24,000 nt of DNA from Spirochaetia bacterium. Its GTDB lineage: Bacteria > Spirochaetota > Spirochaetia > CADAEX01. Positions 9,895-17,618 of this stretch are shown in pieces (position 1 is the first letter of the stretch; the number at the start of each line of letters is the position of its first letter). Location of the stretch: NCBI GenBank assembly GCA_963662265.2, contig CAXXHA010000036.1, forward strand, positions 14,247 to 38,246, written 5' to 3'. Under the pieces are notes generated by a model, which was given only the letters and a program-made list of their open reading frames with translations, was not told the origin of the DNA and searched no databases. Made by a program: the position numbers and the translations under genes.

Positions 9895-9962
9895 ATCAAG
9901 GCGTATTCGCAGAAAATCAGCCAGCCTTGCTTTGAGTCTTAGCTGTATCAGATGCTTAATAT

Positions 9963-12680
9963 TCAGACTCTTGCTTCCAGGGTATTTTCAATTTTTTCGA
10001 GCAGAATTTCGGCATCTTTATACCTGTAGTTTTTTATCATCCTGAACAGGGTTAGTGTATTTTTCCTGGTAGAGTCAGGAAGAATAAAATTCTCGATTTC
10101 TTCCATAATTTCCATACAGCATTTTGGATTATGTTTTTTCACCTTCTGTTTCAGCAGCTCCAGCTGTTTTATCAGCTCTTCAGTTCTTATCTCTGATTTT
10201 CCGTTCTGTTCTTTTTTATTCTGTCCATTCAATATTTCAAAACCTGCTGAAATTGAGTGTATGAGACTCCTGAGTTCTTTGTTGAAATCAATAAACAGCT
10301 GACATTCGGTTTCAGATCCTTTTACCTTTAACTCGCTGTTAAGGAGTTCCGCTTTTTTCATCAGTTCGCAGGCTCCGAGATTTCCTGATGCTCCTTTAAT
10401 TGTGTGAACTGTTCTTGTAACTGCATCCCAGTCATTCCGGATCATTAAATCTGTAATATCATCATCTGCTGTTTTGAAATCTTCATAAAATTTGAGAACA
10501 AGATTTTTAAACAGCTTTTTATTGTTTCCTACCCGTTTCAATCCCTCTTCACAGCTGATTCCGTCTATTTCCGGAATATCACATTCAAACAAACTTTCAT
10601 CTTTAGTATTTGCATTTGTTTCTCTTTCGGCAGGAGCAATCCATTTTACAAGTACGTTCCACAGCTCTCCCGGGTTAAAAGGTTTTGTGACATAGTCATT
10701 CATCCCAATATCAAGGACTTTTTCCTTTACTCCTACCATGGCATCAGCTGTCATAGCTATAATCGGAATATCCTGAAACCGGCTGTCTTTTCTTATCTCT
10801 TTAGTGGCACAGTACCCATCCATTTCAGGCATCTGAAGATCCATCAATACACAGTCATGACTGGTGGATATTTTTGACAGTGCGTCAATCCCGTTCTTTG
10901 CTATATCAACAAAAAACCCTTCATGTTCAAGAAATTCACCTGCAACCTGCTGATTTATTTCATTATCCTCAACAAGAAGTATTTTTGCCCCGATTATCCT
11001 GTTGAAATCTTCCGGTTTTTCTTCGGCATTCTTTCTGATCTTCCCGGCTTTCTGTTGTGACAGTTTTCCGAATACAGATATTATTGTATCCAGCAGCATG
11101 GAAGGATTGACCGGTTTTATAAGGAAGCCGTCCAGGTTATCCCTGTCTGCTTGGCTGATAATATCTTCTCTTCCAATGCTTGTTATCATTATGATTTTAG
11201 GCTGATGTATATTTTCAAGCTTTCTGATTTTTCTAATCAATTCAAAACCATCCATTTCCGGCATCTTGTAGTCAATAAGAGCAAGGTCGTAATTTTTATC
11301 TCCCGAAGCCTGGTTCTGGATAAAATTACGTAAAGCAAGATTTCCATCAGGAAGCGCGGTTGCATCAAAGTTGAAATCATTTAAATAGGAGAGCAGGACT
11401 TCCCTTGCTGTTTCATTATCATCAACAACCATGACTTTTAATCCTGTTAATTCTTCTGCCGCTGTTTTTTTCTTTTCCTCATTCCCTTTCTCCAGTTCAG
11501 CTGTAAAGTAAAAACAGCTTCCTCTGCCGAACCTGCTTTCAACACCTATTTCACCGCCCATTAATTCAGACAGTTTTTTACTGATTGCGAGTCCGAGACC
11601 TGTTCCTCCGTATTTACGTGTTGTAGATGTATCAGCCTGGGAAAATGATTTGAACAGCTTCGCCTTCTGATCATCTGTTAGACCAATGCCTGTATCGGAA
11701 ACTTCAAATCTGATAATGACAGAATTGTCTTTTATTTCCTGGAGACTGACAGTGACGACTATTTCCCCTTCAGAGGTGAATTTAATTGCATTATTTGTCA
11801 GGTTCAGAAGTATCTGCCCGAGCCGGAGTGGGTCGCCTACCAGGTTGTTCGGAATATTGAGGTCCTGGCTGAAAATCAGTTCAAGCTCCTTGTTATTGAC
11901 TTTCTCTCCGATAATGCTTGCCAGGTTATCAAGCACTTCATTAAGCAGGAATCCTGTTTTTTCGATATCCATTTTGCCAGCTTCAATTTTTGAGAAATCA
12001 AGTATATCGTTGATAATTCCGAGCAGGTTGTTGGATGACCGGCTGATTTTATACACATAGTCCTGCTGTCTTTCTGTTAAATCTGTTTTGGTAAGCAGGT
12101 TGCTGAGTCCTATTATTGCATTCATCGGGGTTCTTATTTCATGGCTCATATTTGCCAGAAAGTCGCCTTTTGCTTTTGTTGCTGATTCAGCCTCCTGTTT
12201 TGCCGCAGTAAGCTCATCCATCATTGTCTGAAGTTCAGTGTTTTTCATTTTAATATTATGAAAAAGCGATTCTCTGGTAGGCTGAATAATAAGTTCCCTG
12301 CACTGCTGAAACAAATCTTCTGATAATGTGTTTTTATCCAGTGGTATTTTCAGAAAAACACTTATTGAATCTTTTCTGTTGTCTGATTTATTTATTATGC
12401 AGTTATTAAAAAAGCTTTTCAGTTCAGTTTCTGAAATATCGGAATTGAATGGTGTAATATCAAGTATGAGTTTTTCAGGTTTTTCATTGTTGACACTTAT
12501 AACCAGTTCTGAACATATGATGTTGTTTCCATCCAGGCATACCAGCTCAGAGAGTATTGTTGCGTTTCGGGTTGATTTAATTTCAGAAAAACCCAGAAGC
12601 AGAGATAATTGAAATATCTTTTTCCTGAACATTATCAGGTTAAGATATGTTTCTTCAGTTATTGCCCCTAAATTTATCAT
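9963..12680 (-). CDS. Hybrid histidine kinase: N-terminal RsbT/HATPase-like (degenerate) region - HisKA - HATPase - REC - REC - Hpt
   Basis: H-box [14 protein letters not shown]-box [22 protein letters not shown]; receivers VMVVDDNE...[11 protein letters not shown] and [12 protein letters not shown]...[11 protein letters not shown]; Hpt motif [13 protein letters not shown]. No transmembrane segment seen. ATGA overlap with upstream gene. Confidence 0.93.
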   Translation of the reverse strand: MINLGAITEETYLNLIMFRKKIFQLSLLLGFSEIKSTRNATILSELVCLDGNNIICSELVISVNNEKPEKLILDITPFNSDISETELKSFFNNCIINKSDNRKDSISVFLKIPLDKNTLSEDLFQQCRELIIQPTRESLFHNIKMKNTELQTMMDELTAAKQEAESATKAKGDFLANMSHEIRTPMNAIIGLSNLLTKTDLTERQQDYVYKISRSSNNLLGIINDILDFSKIEAGKMDIEKTGFLLNEVLDNLASIIGEKVNNKELELIFSQDLNIPNNLVGDPLRLGQILLNLTNNAIKFTSEGEIVVTVSLQEIKDNSVIIRFEVSDTGIGLTDDQKAKLFKSFSQADTSTTRKYGGTGLGLAISKKLSELMGGEIGVESRFGRGSCFYFTAELEKGNEEKKKTAAEELTGLKVMVVDDNETAREVLLSYLNDFNFDATALPDGNLALRNFIQNQASGDKNYDLALIDYKMPEMDGFELIRKIRKLENIHQPKIIMITSIGREDIISQADRDNLDGFLIKPVNPSMLLDTIISVFGKLSQQKAGKIRKNAEEKPEDFNRIIGAKILLVEDNEINQQVAGEFLEHEGFFVDIAKNGIDALSKISTSHDCVLMDLQMPEMDGYCATKEIRKDSRFQDIPIIAMTADAMVGVKEKVLDIGMNDYVTKPFNPGELWNVLVKWIAPAERETNANTKDESLFECDIPEIDGISCEEGLKRVGNNKKLFKNLVLKFYEDFKTADDDITDLMIRNDWDAVTRTVHTIKGASGNLGACELMKKAELLNSELKVKGSETECQLFIDFNKELRSLIHSISAGFEILNGQNKKEQNGKSEIRTEELIKQLELLKQKVKKHNPKCCMEIMEEIENFILPDSTRKNTLTLFRMIKNYRYKDAEILLEKIENTLEARV

Positions 12681-13261
12681 TTTACGTTCCTTATAATTAT
12701 ACAGGAAGCATCATCATTTTTACGGAAATTCTTGAACAGCTTTCCTGCAATATCTTCTGATGAGCCTGAAAGCAATCCGGGGAAGTTATCAAGCGGAAGA
12801 TTATCCTTTATACCGTCAGAGCAGAGGATAAGGATATCACCTCTTAAAAGCCTGTCATTTATCATACACGGGTTCGGCATGGAATAACCCAGTACCCCGT
12901 TCCTGGAGATTAAGGATCTCTTTTCAATTCCGTAAATTACCGCGCTTATATTGCCTATTCCGGAAAAAAGAATAGAGTTGTCTTCAGAGCTGATGCAGCA
13001 GGCAGCAGCTACGGCGCCCCTTGTCCCTTTTAGAAATTCATCAAGCCTTGTAATTATTTTTACAGGATCCGGCTCCAGTTTATCCTGCAAAAATATTTCT
13101 ATTTCCTCGGCAAGACCGGCTGCTTCATCCCCATGTCCGAGAACATCAATCAGGACAGCATAGAGATAATCCTCTTTTTCCTGAATTATGGCAGTATCTC
13201 CGCACCCTTTTTCACCGTAAATCGCATCTTTATATATTTTAATATCAAGCAGATTTTCCAC
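12677..13261 (-). CDS. RsbX/SpoIIE-like PP2C-type serine phosphatase
   Basis: 194 aa; GTG start; [50 protein letters not shown] and [13 protein letters not shown] match small PP2C/RsbX phosphatases. Confidence 0.82.
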   Translation of the reverse strand: MENLLDIKIYKDAIYGEKGCGDTAIIQEKEDYLYAVLIDVLGHGDEAAGLAEEIEIFLQDKLEPDPVKIITRLDEFLKGTRGAVAAACCISSEDNSILFSGIGNISAVIYGIEKRSLISRNGVLGYSMPNPCMINDRLLRGDILILCSDGIKDNLPLDNFPGLLSGSSEDIAGKLFKNFRKNDDASCIIIRNVK

Positions 13262-13687
13262 CTATATTCTCCATTTTGTCACTGTAATCCTGGTTCCCCG
13301 GCCTGTCCCTGATTCTATTTCCAGGGAATCCATTATTTCCTTAACACTGGAAAGTCCGAGTCCAAGGCTGTCCCCTGTTGAATATTCCGGAGCAACAGCT
13401 GCACTGATATCATCAATACCGGGCCCGTCGTCCTGTACAACGATCAGTATGCCGGTTCTTCTGCCGTCTGTTATCTTATGGTAAAATACATGTCCTGAGT
13501 CTGCATAGCGGACAATATTTGTAGTCAGTTCAGATACAGCTGTTGCTATAAGTGACTGCTCGTTTCTGTCGAAATTAAGTTTTTCACAGAATTCCCTTGT
13601 CATTATTACTGAATAGGCAATATCTGCAGAATGCTCAATTTTGATGCTTAACTGTGATTCACTTTTTTTATATTTCAATTCACACAT
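13262..13687 (-). CDS. RsbT-like serine/threonine (anti-sigma-type) kinase
   Basis: Intact GHKL motifs: TAVSELTTNIVRYA (N-box), VVQDDGPGI and STGDSLGLGLSSVKEIMD. The ORF track starts at 13756; ATG 13687 (MCELKYKKSESQ) overlaps the upstream stop by only 8 nt and is preferred. Confidence 0.87.
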   Translation of the reverse strand: MCELKYKKSESQLSIKIEHSADIAYSVIMTREFCEKLNFDRNEQSLIATAVSELTTNIVRYADSGHVFYHKITDGRRTGILIVVQDDGPGIDDISAAVAPEYSTGDSLGLGLSSVKEIMDSLEIESGTGRGTRITVTKWRI

Positions 13688-14078
13688 CTGTATATTCCAA
13701 TCCGATTTTTTCCTGGTCAGGGGAGGTGTTTTCCAGCATTTTGATCCCCTCTTCAAGGTCTGATGCTATATTGAGAGAATCAAAATCAACGCTGAGATCA
13801 ACAAGTGTGGATGCAACTCCCGGCTTGAAACCGGTGAAAACAGTCTGTCCTCCCATCAGGCAGATCATTTTCCCTGTCTGGACAAGGGCTGTAAATGTTT
13901 TTCTGTCCATGACATTTATAGCAGAAACATCAACTAGGACTTTTTTCACTGAATGTCTGTTTATTCTTCCAAGTATGTTTTTCTGAAACAGGAGAAGTGT
14001 ATCCAGACTGAAATCTTCCGGAAGCGGAATTATGAGGCAGTCACTTATAATATGGGCATTTAAACTGTTTTCTGCCAT
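13680..14078 (-). CDS. RsbS-like single STAS domain protein
   Basis: 132 aa; VLVDVSAINVMDRKTFTALVQ...CLMGGQTVFTGFKPGVASTLVDL matches the STAS core. Lies between RsbR-like and RsbT-like genes. Confidence 0.87.
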   Translation of the reverse strand: MAENSLNAHIISDCLIIPLPEDFSLDTLLLFQKNILGRINRHSVKKVLVDVSAINVMDRKTFTALVQTGKMICLMGGQTVFTGFKPGVASTLVDLSVDFDSLNIASDLEEGIKMLENTSPDQEKIGLEYTDV

Positions 14079-14079
14079 T

Positions 14080-14880
14080 TTAAATGCTCTTTTTATTATC
14101 GCTTACTTCAAGGTCGAGTATGCTGAAGGCGCCTCCCAGCGCTTCCTGTAAATTTGAATGAGTCAGAATTGTCCCAAGTTCTACACCAAGGGTGACAAGA
14201 GTCTGTGCAACAGATGGCGATATGCCGGAAATGATGCATTTGCACCCCATAAGGCGGGTTGCTTTTGCAATTTTTATAAGATGGTTTGCTACAGCTGTAT
14301 CAACAGTAGCAACCCCCTGAATATCCAGGATAATTATCTTGGAGGAAGTTTCTTTTAATTTGTTCAGCATAGTATCCATCATCTGCTGGGCCCTGTATGA
14401 ATCCACAACACCTACTATAGGCAGAACGAGGATCCTGTCCCACAGCTGAATAACCGGTGTTGATATTTCGAGAATTGTTCTGCTCTGCTCTTTGAGTTTT
14501 TCCTCTTTTTTTACAACTTCCGAGATATCAATTATATATTCGAGGCCTCCGATTATTTCACCGTCTTTATTCCGAAGGACATCAGCCGTATACTCGATAG
14601 GTACAGGTTTATTGTCAAGGTAAACAATGTTTCTCACAGTTGCAACAGATTCACCATTCATGACATGTTTCATCCTGCAGTTGCCGTTTTTACAGTGATC
14701 CGAATCAAACAGGGTGAAGCAGAAATTTGAATCAATATCCTCCCATTTTGAATTTGTCATTTCCAGACCAGCCTTGTTCATGAATATGATTTTAAAATCT
14801 TTATCAATTGCCATTACAGGAGTGGGGAGCTGGTTGAGGATATCTTCACTGAATGAATTGTTTTTTTCACTTTTATTCAT
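14080..14880 (-). CDS. RsbR-like protein: PAS domain plus C-terminal STAS domain
   Basis: 266 aa; N-terminal PAS (LNQLPTPVMAIDKDFKIIFMNKAG...GLEYIIDISEVVKKE). C-terminal STAS with RsbR hallmarks: TPVIQLWDRILVLPIVGVVDSYRAQQMMDTML...ILDIQGVATVDTAVANHLIK...GISPSVAQTLVTLGVEL. Confidence 0.9.
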   Translation of the reverse strand: MNKSEKNNSFSEDILNQLPTPVMAIDKDFKIIFMNKAGLEMTNSKWEDIDSNFCFTLFDSDHCKNGNCRMKHVMNGESVATVRNIVYLDNKPVPIEYTADVLRNKDGEIIGGLEYIIDISEVVKKEEKLKEQSRTILEISTPVIQLWDRILVLPIVGVVDSYRAQQMMDTMLNKLKETSSKIIILDIQGVATVDTAVANHLIKIAKATRLMGCKCIISGISPSVAQTLVTLGVELGTILTHSNLQEALGGAFSILDLEVSDNKKSI

Positions 14881-14916
14881 ATGGAATTCCGCCTTTTTTA
14901 AAATATTTACTAATTA

Positions 14917-14946
14917 ATTATAGTAAAATAAAATTCAATTCTCCAA
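14917..14946 (-). promoter_or_regulatory. Candidate promoter for the RsbRSTX-kinase operon
   Basis: Minus strand: perfect -10 TATAAT (14922-14917), 18-nt spacer, weak -35 TTGGAG (14946-14941). About 37 nt upstream of the rsbR-like ATG. Confidence 0.3.
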
Positions 14947-15314
14947 TTATTCATTAAAAAAACAGGAAATATTATTATTAAAAAAACGGAATAGATAAAA
15001 AATATGTTAATACGCAGACAGGCTGAATCTGTTTCAATAGTTAATGCCGGTTTTAATTAAAAAAAGTAAAATGACATTGTAATCAGCTTTCCAATAAATT
15101 ATATTATTATAATGAATAAAATTATATTTTAAACTAAGGAAGTATTATTCAGAAATAGTGATAATAAAAAGTTGTATAAGAAATTGTTTTTATTTCTAAT
15201 TTATAGCGTAAAGAACCCCTCATCAAATGATTCCTCCATGCAGAATTGCCAGAAGAAATAAATAATCAATTCCTCTGATAATACAAAACAGTTATTTAAT
15301 GAAGGAATTCCGTT

Positions 15315-16424
15315 ATGAAAAATATTTTAAGCAGATCAACACTGCTGCTGGTTGATGATACTCCTCACAATATTGATTTCCTTATCAATACAATTGGAAA
15401 TACTTACAATCTTATAATTGCCACTAATGGTGAAGATGCTCTTGCAGCTGCTGATGAGTCAGTTCCCGATCTTATTCTGCTTGATATTCTGATGCCGGGA
15501 ATGGACGGGTTTGAGGTTTGTACCAGGCTGAAACAGAATAAAAAGACCTGTGAAATACCGGTGATTTTTTTATCTGCGGTTACTGAAGTAGACCAGAAAA
15601 CAAGGGGATTTTCGCTTGGTGCTGCTGATTACATAACAAAGCCTTTTAATGTGCAGGAAGTTTCAGCACGTGTTGAAACTCACCTGGCTGCAAAATTTGC
15701 AAGGGACTGCCTGATGAATCAGAATAATATACTGGAAAATATAGTAAGGGAAAGAACCAGTGAGATCATGGCTACACAGGATATAACAATAAGAATGGCT
15801 GCATCCCTTGCAGAAACCAGGGATAATGATACAGGGAATCATATTATAAGAACACAGATGTATGTGAAGAAACTCGCGGAAAAACTTTCGATGGAGAGTA
15901 AATACCGCAGTCAGCTGGATGATAAAACTATCGATTTGCTTGTTAAATCATCCCCTCTCCATGATATCGGCAAGATTGGTGTAACAGACAGGGTTCTTCT
16001 TAAACCGGGCAGGCTTGATGATAATGAATTTACAGAGATGAAAATGCATACTGTATTTGGCTATAATGCCCTGCTTAAAGCGGAAAAGGAGATGAAGAGT
16101 GATTCTTTTTTGACAATATCAAGAGAAATTGCATATACACATCATGAAAAATGGAATGGAACAGGTTACCCGCAGGGGTTGAAAGGGGAAGATATTCCTC
16201 TTTCAGGAAGAATCATGGCTGTTGCTGATGTTTATGATGCGCTTGTTACAAGAAGAATATATAAGCCTCCTGTAAGCCATGATGAGGCTGTTTCAATCAT
16301 GTGCGAGGGGAGGGGAACTCATTTTGATCCGGTTCTCACTGATTGTTTCCTGCAGATCAACGGGGAATTCAGAACGATAGCTGTAGCTCTTTCTGAAGCG
16401 GATGATATAAAAAATGACTTGTAA
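15315..16424 (+). CDS. Response regulator with HD-GYP domain (putative c-di-GMP phosphodiesterase)
   Basis: REC: LLLVDDTPHNIDFL...LILLDILMPGMDG...YITKPF. HD-GYP: SSPLHDIGKIGV and HHEKWNGTGYPQGLKGEDIPLSGRIMAVADVYDAL. Confidence 0.95.
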   Translation: MKNILSRSTLLLVDDTPHNIDFLINTIGNTYNLIIATNGEDALAAADESVPDLILLDILMPGMDGFEVCTRLKQNKKTCEIPVIFLSAVTEVDQKTRGFSLGAADYITKPFNVQEVSARVETHLAAKFARDCLMNQNNILENIVRERTSEIMATQDITIRMAASLAETRDNDTGNHIIRTQMYVKKLAEKLSMESKYRSQLDDKTIDLLVKSSPLHDIGKIGVTDRVLLKPGRLDDNEFTEMKMHTVFGYNALLKAEKEMKSDSFLTISREIAYTHHEKWNGTGYPQGLKGEDIPLSGRIMAVADVYDALVTRRIYKPPVSHDEAVSIMCEGRGTHFDPVLTDCFLQINGEFRTIAVALSEADDIKNDL

Positions 16425-16485
16425 ACAGTAATAAATAATAATTTACGGGTGAAAATAATAAGTAGCCTTATCAGGGGAGAAAATT

Positions 16486-17601
16486 ATGTCAGATTTTATC
16501 AGTGATGCTGTTGTACTGATTGTTGATGATACTCCGCAGAATATTGATATATTACTTGAATCTCTGGGAGATTTGTATTCTATCCAGGTTGCAGTCAACG
16601 GTAAAGAGGCTCTTGAAGCAGTAGCGGAAGATCCTCCCGATTTAATACTTCTGGATGTTCTGATGCCGGAAATTAACGGTTATGAAGTATGCCGTAGGCT
16701 GAAGAATGATTTCCCGGCTGCTGATATCCCGGTGATTTTTCTCACAGCTCTTTCTGAAATGGATCAGAAAACAAAGGGGTTTGAACTGGGCGCTGTTGAT
16801 TTCATTACAAAACCATTTGATATCCGTGAAGTTAAAGCCCGAGTAAAGACACATCTTGTAAATAAATTCGCAGGTGATTTCCTTAAAAATCAGAACAGTT
16901 TTCTTGAAACAATGGTGAAAAAAAGAACCTTTCAGATAGAAAATATCCAGAATGTCACAATACGGATGGCTGCTTCTCTGGCGGAAACACGCGACAATGA
17001 AACAGGTGATCATATCAAGCGTACTCAAAAGTATGTTGCCGCATTTTTAAATATGCTGTCAGAAGAAAACTTATACCCGGAATATATAAATGAAGAAAGC
17101 ATTGATCTGATGATCAAGTCGGCCCCTCTTCATGATATAGGGAAAATCGGGGTTGCTGACAAAATACTTCTGAAACCGGGAAAACTCACCAATGAAGAGT
17201 TTGATGAGATGAAAAAACATACAATTTACGGGAATGAATCTCTGCTCAGGGCTGAAGAGGAGATTAAAGATGAATCATTTCTCCGCTTTGCCAGGGAAAT
17301 AGCTTATACACATCATGAGAAGTGGGACGGGTCGGGATACCCTGAAGGGGTATCTGGTGACGAAATACCTCTTTCGGGACGAATAATGGCAATTGCAGAT
17401 GTTTATGATGCTTTGATTTCAAAACGGGTGTATAAACCGCCTTTTACACACAGCAAAGCTGTTTCTATTATAAATGAAGGGAAGGGGCATCATTTTGATC
17501 CCGTTCTTATTGAATGTTTTGGCAAAATTGAAGAATCATTCAGGCAGATTGCTCTTGAGTATGTAGAGAGTGATGATGAACGGGAAGCATTATTAAGATA
17601 A
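16486..17601 (+). CDS. Response regulator with HD-GYP domain (tandem paralog)
   Basis: REC: VVLIVDDTPQNIDIL...LILLDVLMPEING...FITKPF. HD-GYP: SAPLHDIGKIGV and HHEKWDGSGYPEGVSGDEIPLSGRIMAIADVYDAL. AGGGGAG SD upstream. Confidence 0.95.
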   Translation: MSDFISDAVVLIVDDTPQNIDILLESLGDLYSIQVAVNGKEALEAVAEDPPDLILLDVLMPEINGYEVCRRLKNDFPAADIPVIFLTALSEMDQKTKGFELGAVDFITKPFDIREVKARVKTHLVNKFAGDFLKNQNSFLETMVKKRTFQIENIQNVTIRMAASLAETRDNETGDHIKRTQKYVAAFLNMLSEENLYPEYINEESIDLMIKSAPLHDIGKIGVADKILLKPGKLTNEEFDEMKKHTIYGNESLLRAEEEIKDESFLRFAREIAYTHHEKWDGSGYPEGVSGDEIPLSGRIMAIADVYDALISKRVYKPPFTHSKAVSIINEGKGHHFDPVLIECFGKIEESFRQIALEYVESDDEREALLR

Positions 17602-17618
17602 AAACACAAAGGTAAAAT

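Noticed and set aside
11686-12060. 124-aa plus-strand ORF
   Set aside because: Antisense to conserved HisKA/HATPase coding sequence; a mirror of codon bias. The same applies to the other small ORFs opposite the kinases, ABC-F and pyc.
13688-13756. N-terminal extension MKRGSKCWKTPPLTRKKSDWNIQ of the RsbT-like ORF
   Set aside because: It would overlap the RsbS-like CDS by 77 nt. ATG 13687 fits the tight spacing of the operon and the usual RsbT length.
15172-15200. Possible promoter TTGTAT-17-TCTAAT before the first HD-GYP gene
   Set aside because: Both boxes are weak and the region is strongly AT-rich, so chance matches are expected; not listed as a feature.
16642-17028. 128-aa minus-strand ORF
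   Set aside because: Antisense to the second REC-HD-GYP gene; no domain-like sequence.
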